Of a DNA stretch of 16,533 nucleotides, positions 7,774 to 16,153 are shown one piece after another. The stretch comes from Promethearchaeota archaeon (lineage in GTDB: Archaea > Asgardarchaeota > Lokiarchaeia > Sigyniarchaeales > SOKP01): the NCBI GenBank assembly GCA_048941285.1, contig JBHLNS010000063.1, positions 1-16,533 on the forward strand. Reading direction: 5' to 3'. The notes below the pieces were generated by a model, which was not told where the DNA came from, made no database searches, and was given only the letters and a program-made list of their open reading frames with translations. Each line of letters begins with the position of its first letter. Position 1 is the first letter of the stretch. The position numbers and the translations under genes were made by a program.

Positions 7774-8007
7774 ATGATATATTTGATAGAAATAGATAAT
7801 AAATTTCTAGAAAATTTAGAATATCAGATAAGTCTCAAAGAAAACACTTACAAGAGTCTTAAAAAAATCCCAGTATTTACTCAAAATGTAAAACAATTTG
7901 ATAAATCAGTTATGGATCTTACAGAGAAATTCGAAAAAATTCGGCTTCGAGATAAATATCAGATAATAATAACAGAACTGGACAATTTAATAAAAAATGG
8001 GAAGTAA
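7774..8007 (+). CDS. Small hypothetical protein (77 aa, largely helical; alternative start TTG at 7783)
   Basis: Fills an otherwise empty gap, has a GAGG purine tract at 7770-7773 and a T-tract just downstream. No family recognised. Confidence 0.55.
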   Translation: MIYLIEIDNKFLENLEYQISLKENTYKSLKKIPVFTQNVKQFDKSVMDLTEKFEKIRLRDKYQIIITELDNLIKNGK

Positions 8008-8017
8008 AAATAATTAA

Positions 8018-8032
8018 TTTTTTATTTTTTTT
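8018..8032 (+). terminator. Oligo-T terminator candidate
   Basis: T6-A-T8 begins 10 nt after the stop at 8007. Confidence 0.45.
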
Positions 8033-8047
8033 GAAATTCTAAAATCC

Positions 8048-8470
8048 TTAATCTCCTACAATCATACAGTATATTTTTCTTGTTCTAGCTCGTTCATCAC
8101 ATTCAATAAAAATAATTTGTTGCCAAGTCCCTAAAATTAATTTTTGGTTTTTAAATGGAAAAACTTGAGAAGTCTTAACTAGGAAACTCCTTAAATGACC
8201 GGCTCCGTTATAGTCATGCCAAGTTTTATGATGAGCATAATCATCTTTATATGGGATTAATTTTTCTAATAAACGCTCAATATCATGCTTTACTAGTCCT
8301 GGCTCATATTCGACAGTAGAAATTGCCCCCGTAGAACCTGCTACATGAACATTTATGATACCATCGCTTACACCACTATTATTAATACATTGTTGAACGT
8401 GCTCTGTTATATTGATAATATCACAGTATGCTTTTGTTTTTAAATCAAATGTTTTAAGAACTGAAGTCAT
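8048..8470 (-). CDS. yjbQ: YjbQ/UPF0047 family protein (secondary thiamine-phosphate synthase-like)
   Basis: 140 aa with DIINIT, GSTGAISTVEYEPGL, YAHH, NGAGHLRS and LGTWQQIIFIECD. Confidence 0.92.
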   Translation of the reverse strand: MTSVLKTFDLKTKAYCDIINITEHVQQCINNSGVSDGIINVHVAGSTGAISTVEYEPGLVKHDIERLLEKLIPYKDDYAHHKTWHDYNGAGHLRSFLVKTSQVFPFKNQKLILGTWQQIIFIECDERARTRKIYCMIVGD

Positions 8471-8473
8471 ATT

Positions 8474-9517
8474 TCATTTTCTACCTTTTTCGCATATATT
8501 TAAGCTTTTGACTTGCTTTAATATGGAAGTTGGTAAATTAGTTTCATTGCTTTCCATTAAAGCATAAATCTTACTTAAGACAAGAAGTTCGGGTTGTTCA
8601 AAACCATTAATATTAGTCCATCCATTGTATTCTCCTGATTCTATGCAGATGAAGAATGGCGATTTTTTTAGTTTCAAGCAAGTATGATCCTTACATTTCT
8701 CACAAACTTTAGGATAGTAATAAACATTCCCATTTTTTAGATATATTGAGAAAATACCAAATTTTTTATTTTTAACTTTAATCCAATTATCAGACTCAAA
8801 AGACACATCCAATTTTAATTTCAAAATATACCTAATCAATAATTCTGTATTTATTATTATATTGATATTTATATTACGAGCCTCAGGTTCATAATAATCG
8901 TTACATTCATCTGTGATACCATCATCCTCAAAAAGTAGAGCTAAAGGAATAAAATCTATAAAGTAAACGTTTTCTAATTCTTTAAATTTAGTTCTTTGTA
9001 ATGAAATTGAACAAATTTGATTTAGAATTTCAATATCCTCAAATATTTCATGAATCTTGATGCTATTTGATTTTATTATTGAATGAAAATTATCATTTTT
9101 AAAATATTTATTAAATATTTCCTCTTTAGTGTATTTTTCAAGGATTATACAAAATACTATTGTAATTGATTGAATTCGATCTTGAATTTCTTCCAAATAT
9201 TGTAGAATTTGATCCACTTTTGTTTCTGAAATGAATATTATAATGGCTTCGGCACCATTATAAAAAATTGTACGTAAATAAGCCCTTGATTGCCTACAAT
9301 CAATATTCCATAAAAGAAATTCAAACTTCTCATTTTTTTTAAAGAAAAAGTCAACTTTACTTATGTTTACACCAATGTTTCGTTTATTTTCGATTGGAAG
9401 ACTATTTGAACTTAATTTTTTTTGAAACTCATCCTTAATATTTTCAGTACCACCTAATATACAGAGCTTTTTCTTTAGGACAAATTTTCCTTGTATTGGA
9501 GTTTCTAGAGAACTCAT
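8474..9517 (-). CDS. Rab-like GTPase-fold protein with degenerate G motifs (probable pseudo-GTPase) and a Cys-rich C-terminal domain
   Basis: KKLCILGG..., NIGVNISKVDF, FEFLLWNIDCRQ and LRTIFYNGAEAIIIF match the Rab scaffold. The C-terminus has C272xxC275-x4-C280-x10-C291 followed by GWTN. An SD-like AAGGAAGG lies upstream. Confidence 0.75.
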   Translation of the reverse strand: MSSLETPIQGKFVLKKKLCILGGTENIKDEFQKKLSSNSLPIENKRNIGVNISKVDFFFKKNEKFEFLLWNIDCRQSRAYLRTIFYNGAEAIIIFISETKVDQILQYLEEIQDRIQSITIVFCIILEKYTKEEIFNKYFKNDNFHSIIKSNSIKIHEIFEDIEILNQICSISLQRTKFKELENVYFIDFIPLALLFEDDGITDECNDYYEPEARNININIIINTELLIRYILKLKLDVSFESDNWIKVKNKKFGIFSIYLKNGNVYYYPKVCEKCKDHTCLKLKKSPFFICIESGEYNGWTNINGFEQPELLVLSKIYALMESNETNLPTSILKQVKSLNICEKGRK

Positions 9518-9643
9518 TTTGCCTTCCTTAAATTATAAAAGAATATAGGCTAAATCTATTAAATAATAAATTTAATTATGAATTTTAATTTATTCTTTTT
9601 AATATATACTAGTTTTCAACAATATTAATATATTGAATTAATT

Positions 9644-10066
9644 ATGAGTAAACGGTTAGAACAGTTTTATAAAAAGATACATGACCCAAAATCAAAAATT
9701 CCGGAATATATAACAATTATTATCCGTCCTGGTAAAAAATTAATCGATTTCAAAATAAAAAAAGAAGATGCTAATATCTTAAAGGTAATGGCTCATGATC
9801 AAAAATCATCTGGATGGTTTTTACATTCTGTACATATTCCATTAAAGAATTTGGGTCTGTCGCACGATGCAAAAGATAAAGAAATATTAGAATTTCTGTC
9901 TCAACCTAATAAAATTACAAGTAGTAAGCCCACAAAAGATTATGTTGAAAATCTTCTAAGAAAATATATAGAGATATTACCAGAAAAGAAAAAACATTTT
10001 TTTAAAACAGAACGATATAAGAAAAAGAAAGATTTTAAAACGGGAGCTCAACTAAAGGGATTTTAA
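9644..10066 (+). CDS. Hypothetical Lys-rich basic protein (140 aa)
   Basis: Non-overlapping ATG-initiated ORF, divergent from the pseudo-GTPase. No family recognised. Confidence 0.75.
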   Translation: MSKRLEQFYKKIHDPKSKIPEYITIIIRPGKKLIDFKIKKEDANILKVMAHDQKSSGWFLHSVHIPLKNLGLSHDAKDKEILEFLSQPNKITSSKPTKDYVENLLRKYIEILPEKKKHFFKTERYKKKKDFKTGAQLKGF

Positions 10067-10399
10067 CTACTTTATTTTCACTCCAGGAGGGACTGGTTTT
10101 CTCTCATCTATTTTTAACAAGAATGGTTCATTATTGAGATCAGCAGCAAGTAACATCCCATTACTTTCAATACCCATAATTTTTCGTGGTTCTAAATTTG
10201 TTAAGACAATAATTTTCTTATTAATCAATTCTTGCGCTGTGTAATAATTAGCAATTCCTGTAACAATCTGTCTCAAGTCTTTCTCTCCACAATCCACCAT
10301 TAATTTATAGAGATTAGTAGATTTTGGAACTTTTTCACAGCTTTTAATTAGTCCAACACGTATATCTATTTTTAAAAAATCTTTATATTCAATGTTCAT
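10067..10399 (-). CDS. tRNA-binding OB-fold protein (Trbp111/CsaA/MetRS C-terminal-like)
   Basis: DFLKIDIRVG, LYKLMVDCG, RQIVTGI and NLEPRKIMGIESNGMLL. An SD GGTGA overlaps the trmI stop, 7 nt before the ATG. Confidence 0.93.
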   Translation of the reverse strand: MNIEYKDFLKIDIRVGLIKSCEKVPKSTNLYKLMVDCGEKDLRQIVTGIANYYTAQELINKKIIVLTNLEPRKIMGIESNGMLLAADLNNEPFLLKIDERKPVPPGVKIK

Positions 10400-10406
10400 A
10401 ACTAAA

Positions 10407-11273
10407 TCACCCTCTTAAAGGCATTCCATTAATGCTGATTATTTCATTCTTTTTTGGTTTTTGTTCTCTATATGGATTTTTTATATCTTTAATTTTTCTC
10501 CCAAAAGTTAAATATCCTGTATGACCAATCATTCTTACTTCTGGTCGTGTGGCATTATCCTTTACTTGTATTTTTCTTTTTAATAGTTCATAAGTATTGA
10601 TTTCAATAAAATTTTGATTTTTCATTTCCGAAACTGTTTTTTTTACTTGCTCAATAGTGGGAGAGAATGATACAACTGATCCACTGTACTTCAAATAATA
10701 TTTGATTTTTACAATAGCATTCCAGGGAGTCGCCATATCTAAAACTACAGCATCGACATTAGTATGGTGAAGATCATCATTTAAAATATCTCCATATTGA
10801 ATTGTAACAACATCAGTTAAATTTGCTTTCTTGATATTTAACTTTGCCCCTTTAATTGACTTCTCATTAATATCATATGAATAAATATGTCCATTTGGAC
10901 GAACTAAATTGCCCAATATACATGTAAGGGCTCCAGAACCACACCCTGCTTCAATAATTACACTCCCAGGACCAATTCCAGTATAAACTAATATGAGTCC
11001 TGTATCCTCGGGGTATATAATTTGAGTTTTTCGAGACATGTGAAGAATATAATCAGATGGCAATGGTTTTAATACAAAGAATTTATAACCTTGAGTTTCA
11101 AAAGGTTTAGAAAACACAACCGAACCAAAACATTTACCAATAATATCCTTAAAATCAATTATCCCTCTATGTGTATGAAAAGTGCCTCCAGGTTTAACTT
11201 GAACTAACCATCTTCTTTTTTGATCAAGAATCAAAAAGATTAAATCATTTTCTTTAATTACTTCAGAATTCAT
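10407..11273 (-). CDS. trmI: tRNA (adenine-N1)-methyltransferase, m1A58, TrmI/Gcd14 family
   Basis: FHTHRG, RKTQIIYPED, IEAGCGSGALT (SAM motif), VVLDMATPW, SFSPTIEQV, ATRP and GHTGYL. Confidence 0.95.
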   Translation of the reverse strand: MNSEVIKENDLIFLILDQKRRWLVQVKPGGTFHTHRGIIDFKDIIGKCFGSVVFSKPFETQGYKFFVLKPLPSDYILHMSRKTQIIYPEDTGLILVYTGIGPGSVIIEAGCGSGALTCILGNLVRPNGHIYSYDINEKSIKGAKLNIKKANLTDVVTIQYGDILNDDLHHTNVDAVVLDMATPWNAIVKIKYYLKYSGSVVSFSPTIEQVKKTVSEMKNQNFIEINTYELLKRKIQVKDNATRPEVRMIGHTGYLTFGRKIKDIKNPYREQKPKKNEIISINGMPLRG

Positions 11274-11444
11274 ATTAAGTTATGCCTTCTTTTATTTCAA
11301 GGCTATCTTTATACTTAATTTTTAATAAGAAGGCTTTCTTTTATTATTATTTTATTTACAAAAAATATATAAAAAATATACAACTCTCAATAATATTAAT
11401 CTTATAAAAATCTTTTTTATAAATCCTCTTTAATGAATTAATTT

Positions 11445-12362
11445 ATGAGTAAAGAAAGAAACCGGAACACTCAAACTTCCCGAACAACTTTTAGAGATCT
11501 TCAATTCCAGGTAGAAGAATTACGGCAAAAAAGAGATGAATTAAATCAAAAAACAAAAGATTTTATCAATAAACTTCAGGATATTGATACAGAAATTACA
11601 AATTCGTTAAAAATTGCTAAGGAAAAACACAAAAAGAAAAGAGATTATTGGAACAATAAAGTTAAGCAATTAAAAGAAAAAAAAGATGAATATAAAACTA
11701 TAATGGATAATTTACTTGAAGAAAAGAGAAGCATACAAAAATTAAAAGAAGATCCTTCAAATAAAAAACAATTTCTCTCTTTAAAACAAATAGAACGTAA
11801 AATAGAAAATTTAGAGAGAAGAATTGAAACAGAAAAACTCGATATAAACGAAGAAAATACAATAATTGATAAAATACGAGAATTAGCTGCTATGAAACAG
11901 GATCATTTATCACAACAAAAAAATAGTGATCTCTTTATAATTGATAGAAAAATAGAAATAGTAAAGATCAATCTTAATAAAATCTATGAGCAATTAAATA
12001 AATGGTCAGATAAGTCTCAAGTGAATCATTCTAAAATGCTACAAGAATTCCAGAATGTCGATAAACTAAAAGAAGATAAAAGAAAACTTGAAGAAGACTT
12101 AATTGAAAATAAGAAATTAGCTGATCGCCATCATGATCAATACTTGAAGTTAATGAAGCAAAGCAAAAAAGTTCATAAAGGTAAAAAACCCTATGGTTCT
12201 GGAAAAATGCCCATAGCAAAATTCAATGAAATAACAAAAAAGAATGAAATGATTGAAAAAATGAAAAAGGAACAGCTCGAAACTGCTTTAGAAAAGCAAA
12301 AAGCTGGTAAAAAACTAAATTTATTTGAAGCTAGATTAATTCTTGAAAAATCAAAAGAATAA
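11445..12362 (+). CDS. Conserved archaeal coiled-coil protein (COG1340-like)
   Basis: Long K/E/Q/L heptad-rich protein with KRDELN, IENLERRIETEKLDINEENTIIDKIREL and C-terminal ALEKQKAGKKLNLFE. Confidence 0.75.
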   Translation: MSKERNRNTQTSRTTFRDLQFQVEELRQKRDELNQKTKDFINKLQDIDTEITNSLKIAKEKHKKKRDYWNNKVKQLKEKKDEYKTIMDNLLEEKRSIQKLKEDPSNKKQFLSLKQIERKIENLERRIETEKLDINEENTIIDKIRELAAMKQDHLSQQKNSDLFIIDRKIEIVKINLNKIYEQLNKWSDKSQVNHSKMLQEFQNVDKLKEDKRKLEEDLIENKKLADRHHDQYLKLMKQSKKVHKGKKPYGSGKMPIAKFNEITKKNEMIEKMKKEQLETALEKQKAGKKLNLFEARLILEKSKE

Positions 12363-12539
12363 TGCCTTATTGATTTCATTTAATTCTCACATTAGCCTTT
12401 TTTTAATTAAGTTAATTCGATATTTATTATTTTTGTAGTAATTACTACCTAAATATTGCAAGAACTAAAAAAGGTTTAAAAAAATTGTAAAGTTATTATT
12501 TAAATAACGTTTAAAATTAATAGAAAGGATTGAATAAAG

Positions 12540-13868
12540 ATGAATAAAAAACTAAGTGAAATCCGAAATCTTATAATAGATCACCATGAGTGGTTTCAAA
12601 AATCAATTCCCTTAATTGCTTCTGAAAATATTACTAGTCCAGCTGTTGATGAAGCATGTGCTTCAGATTTCTCACACCGATATGCAGAAGGATGGAGCGG
12701 ACAGAGAGTATATGCAGGATGCACTTATATTGATAAAGTTGAAGATATATGTATGGAGCTTACTAAACAATATTTTGATTGTATTCATGCTGATGTGCGA
12801 CCAGTTTCGGGGGTTGTAGCGAATTTAGTTATGTATAATGCATTCACTTCAGACAATAATGGTAAAATGTGTTGTATGTCAATAGTTCGGGGAGGGCACA
12901 TTTCCCATGGTCCAAGGTTTGCAAAAAGTGGAAGAGAAATCTTTGGCACTGCTGGGACAACAAGAGGTTTAAATATCGAATATTTAGCATTTGATGATGA
13001 TGAAATGAATCTTGATATTGATGCTTCAGCAAAAATTATTAGAGAATTTGAGCCCGAATTGGTCTTATTTGGTGGTTCTGTGTTTTTATTTCCTCACCCT
13101 GTTAAAGAACTTGGTGAGGTTGCAAAAGAAGTTGGGGCATATGTTGGTTATGATGCCGCTCATGTCGCTGGTTTGATTGGTTCAGGATATTTTCAAGACC
13201 CATTAAGAGAAGGGGCAGATGCGATGACAATGAGTACTCATAAAACACTTCCGGGACCTCAACATGGGGCATTAGTATCAAATAGAGACGATTTAATAGA
13301 AAATCTGAGATCTTGTGCTTTTCCAGCCTTATTATCTAATCATCATCTTCATAATGTTGCTGGTTTGGCTGTTGCATTAACAGAAATGCTAGAGTTTGGA
13401 AAAAATTATCATAAAAATGTTATTGAAAATGCAAAAGCTCTGGGCCAAGCTTTATCTGACCAAGGGTTAAACGTATTAATGGAACATAAGGGTTTTACTG
13501 AATCTCATCAAATTGTGGTTGATGTTACTGAATTTGAGAAAAGAATTGGTTTAGGTGGGGACATTGAAAAATTATTAGAAGAAGCTAATATAATTCTTAA
13601 TCGCAATCTTTTACCATATGATATTGCTCAGGGTAGACATTATCAGAATCCAGGTGGTTTGAGAATGGGGACATCTGAAGTCACAAGGTTAGGAATGGGT
13701 AAAAGTGAAATGATTGATATTGCAGAATTTTTTAAGAAATTAATTATTGATAAAAAAGACCCTAAAAAAATAAAGAATGAAGTTGTCGATTTTAGAAAGG
13801 ATTTTCAACAAATTAGCTATTGCTTTCAACCTCAAAATAAAGCTTATGAATATTTGAAGTTTTACTAG
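12540..13868 (+). CDS. glyA: Serine hydroxymethyltransferase (archaeal type)
   Basis: LIASEN, YAEG, GGHISH, YDAAHVAGLI, STHKTLPGPQHG (PLP-binding Lys), SNHH and GLRMGT. Confidence 0.97.
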   Translation: MNKKLSEIRNLIIDHHEWFQKSIPLIASENITSPAVDEACASDFSHRYAEGWSGQRVYAGCTYIDKVEDICMELTKQYFDCIHADVRPVSGVVANLVMYNAFTSDNNGKMCCMSIVRGGHISHGPRFAKSGREIFGTAGTTRGLNIEYLAFDDDEMNLDIDASAKIIREFEPELVLFGGSVFLFPHPVKELGEVAKEVGAYVGYDAAHVAGLIGSGYFQDPLREGADAMTMSTHKTLPGPQHGALVSNRDDLIENLRSCAFPALLSNHHLHNVAGLAVALTEMLEFGKNYHKNVIENAKALGQALSDQGLNVLMEHKGFTESHQIVVDVTEFEKRIGLGGDIEKLLEEANIILNRNLLPYDIAQGRHYQNPGGLRMGTSEVTRLGMGKSEMIDIAEFFKKLIIDKKDPKKIKNEVVDFRKDFQQISYCFQPQNKAYEYLKFY

Positions 13869-13972
13869 TTTTAATATTCTTATTTTTTCCTTAGAATAAT
13901 AAAACTTATCTAAAATGATATATTTTTTAAGTTATTCGAATTTTATGCTGAAAATTAATATTGCATATCATT

Positions 13973-14806
13973 ATGAGCCTTGAAATTCTCGAAAGATCAA
14001 AGCGTAATTTAAAGTTTGTTGTTGAAAATATATCTATTGAGATGGCAAACGCTATTCGTAGAATTATAATTTCTGAGATACCTGTTATGGCTATTGATGA
14101 AGTTATTATTTTAAAAAATGATTCTCCTCTTTATGATGAAATAATAGCGCATAGGCTTGCCATGACCCCTTTAACTACAGATTTAAGTACATATAAGCTT
14201 CCAAGGGAATGTAGTTGCGGCGGATACGGTTGCCCACTATGTCAAGTCTCGTTAACATGTGAAGTTACTAATACAACTAATACTCCTATGGAAATTTATT
14301 CTAGAGACTTAAATTCAAACGACCCTAAAATCATACCCGTAGAACCAAATATACCATTAGTGAAAATTGATAAAAATGATAAGGTGATTATTGAGGCGTA
14401 TGCGGTATTAGGAATAGCAAAAGAACATGTTAAATGGCAAGCTGTTTCAAATATTTTCTATAGATTTTATCCTCAAATAGAATTTGATGATTCTAAATGT
14501 GCAAAATGCCCAGATAAGTGCATTGTTTCAAGAATGTGTCCTGAAGGATTGTACGACTTCTCTAATAAAAAAACTCCAATCTTATTAGAAGACTATTGGA
14601 AAACTTGCACACTCTGTAATTCATGTCAAAATAATTGTCCAGAAGAGGCAATAAAAGTATCATGGAAAGAAAATAGTTATATTTTTTTAATCGAGAGTGA
14701 TGGAGTTCTAGCTTTTGATGTAATTTTAAAGAAAACTTTTGAGATTTTCCTAGAAAAAATCGATGAATTTGTTGAAAAACTTGGAGAATTAGAGATAGAA
14801 TCATGA
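13973..14806 (+). CDS. rpoD: DNA-directed RNA polymerase subunit D (Rpo3) with a Zn loop and a ferredoxin-like domain
   Basis: ANAIRRIIISEIPVMAIDEV, NDSPLYDEIIAHRL, CSCGGYGCPLC, GIAKEHVKWQ, CTLCNSCQNNCP and IESDG. The ATG at 13973 is preferred over the tracked TTG at 13961. Confidence 0.96.
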   Translation: MSLEILERSKRNLKFVVENISIEMANAIRRIIISEIPVMAIDEVIILKNDSPLYDEIIAHRLAMTPLTTDLSTYKLPRECSCGGYGCPLCQVSLTCEVTNTTNTPMEIYSRDLNSNDPKIIPVEPNIPLVKIDKNDKVIIEAYAVLGIAKEHVKWQAVSNIFYRFYPQIEFDDSKCAKCPDKCIVSRMCPEGLYDFSNKKTPILLEDYWKTCTLCNSCQNNCPEEAIKVSWKENSYIFLIESDGVLAFDVILKKTFEIFLEKIDEFVEKLGELEIES

Positions 14807-14875
14807 ATTAACAAAAAATTATTATAATACTATTAATTTAAAATATCAGAATTATTGAATTAAAGCGACGGTTAC

Positions 14876-15232
14876 ATGTCTCATAAAATAACTGGACCAT
14901 CAAATTATTACGTAAGAAAATTGATAAGAGATTTATGGAAAACACAGATAAAAATATGGAAGACAATTTCAAAGCAGTTGAGCTCTAGAAGAAGTAATAG
15001 GGTTAAAGCAAATTTATATCATATTAATAAGAATACAAAAAAAAATGATGTAATAGTTGTTCCTGGAAAGATATTAGGATTGGGAGAATTAGATCATACT
15101 CTTACAATTGCTTGCTTAGAATATTCAAAAACAGCAAAAAAAAAAGTTGAATCTTCAGGAAGTAAGTTAATTTCTATTGAAGAGTTATTAGAACAGAACC
15201 CCAAGGGAAGTGGAGTAAAAATTATATGTTAA
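14876..15232 (+). CDS. rpl18e: 50S ribosomal protein L18e (eL18)
   Basis: IWKTISKQLSSRRSNR, VVPGKILGLG and NPKGSGVKII; conserved position after rpoD. Confidence 0.95.
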   Translation: MSHKITGPSNYYVRKLIRDLWKTQIKIWKTISKQLSSRRSNRVKANLYHINKNTKKNDVIVVPGKILGLGELDHTLTIACLEYSKTAKKKVESSGSKLISIEELLEQNPKGSGVKIIC

Positions 15233-15265
15233 AAAGTAAAATTATGATTTAAATGTGAAATTCTT

Positions 15266-15739
15266 ATGTCAATCGAATATCAATTATATGATGCAACAGA
15301 TAAAATATTAGGTAGATTTTGTTCAATAATTGCAAAGAAAGCAATCTTAGGAGAATATATAGTAATTATTAATGCGAAGAATGCAATTATTAGTGGGAAT
15401 AAAAAAGACATTCATGAAAAATATTTAGCAAGATTGAATATATCTACTGCCACCAATCCACGTAGGGGTCCATTTCATGAAAGGAGACCAGATACTTTTA
15501 TGAGAAGAGTTATAAAACAAATGTTGCCAAGAAAAAAACGTAGAGGAAAAGAAGCTATTAAGCGAGTTCATATTTATATTTCAGATATCCCAGATAGATT
15601 TAAAAATAGCTATCAAAATCTAGTCCCTAATGAAATTACTAATGTAGATAAAAAACGTCTTTCATATTATAATAGATATATTACATTAGAAAATCTATGT
15701 CAACGAATAGGTTGGAAAAAAAGTGAAATTGAGGTTTAA
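15266..15739 (+). CDS. rpl13: 50S ribosomal protein L13 (uL13)
   Basis: DATDKILGR, INAKNAIISG, RGPFHERRPD and QMLPRK. Confidence 0.95.
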   Translation: MSIEYQLYDATDKILGRFCSIIAKKAILGEYIVIINAKNAIISGNKKDIHEKYLARLNISTATNPRRGPFHERRPDTFMRRVIKQMLPRKKRRGKEAIKRVHIYISDIPDRFKNSYQNLVPNEITNVDKKRLSYYNRYITLENLCQRIGWKKSEIEV

Positions 15740-15742
15740 TAA

Positions 15743-16153
15743 ATGTCAATGAAAGTAATTCAAGCATCGGGGAAAAGGAAATCCGCTATAGCAAGAGCAA
15801 TTTTAAAACATCCAGCTAAGGGACAAGTAAAAATAAATAATGTTCTTTTACAATTATATGAACCTGAAATTGCACGATTGAGAATTCAAGAGGTTCTAGA
15901 AATTAGTAATCATCCTAAACTTGAAAAATGTGATATCAATGTTAAAGTTCAAGGGGGTGGGATTATGGGCCAAACTGATGCTGTTCGAATAGCAATTGCT
16001 AAATCTATTAATAAATTTATTGGAACAAAAACAATTGAAAAATCTTTTAGAGAATATGATGATTCTCTGCTATCTGGTGATTCCAGAAGGACTGAGCCTA
16101 AAAAATTTGGAGGCAAAAAACCTAGAGCTCGCCGTCAAAAGTCATTTAGATAA
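15743..16153 (+). CDS. rps9: 30S ribosomal protein S9 (uS9)
   Basis: SGKRKSAIARA, VQGGGIMGQ and DSRRTEPKKFGGKKPRARRQKSFR. Confidence 0.97.
   Translation: MSMKVIQASGKRKSAIARAILKHPAKGQVKINNVLLQLYEPEIARLRIQEVLEISNHPKLEKCDINVKVQGGGIMGQTDAVRIAIAKSINKFIGTKTIEKSFREYDDSLLSGDSRRTEPKKFGGKKPRARRQKSFR

Noticed and set aside
8848-8877. ATT/TAT-rich run encoding NININIIINT
   Set aside because: A low-complexity linker in AT-rich DNA, not a discrete repeat element.
11445-12362. SMC, ESCRT-III, cytoskeletal or phosphoserine phosphatase identity for the coiled-coil protein next to glyA
   Set aside because: It has no Walker motifs, HAD motif or Snf7-like acidic C-terminal half, and it fits the generic archaeal coiled-coil family.
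12031-13032. Short ORFs 12031-12219, 12191-12379, 12616-12819 and 12844-13032
   Set aside because: They overlap well-supported genes in other frames or on the other strand and have no motifs.
14562-14804. 80-aa ORF (-)
   Set aside because: Antisense shadow of rpoD.
14804-14827. Selenocysteine read-through at the TGA stop of rpoD (also considered for trmI and aroA)
   Set aside because: Each protein is already complete at the TGA, the rpoD and aroA frames close again within about 10 codons, and no SECIS-like hairpin was seen.
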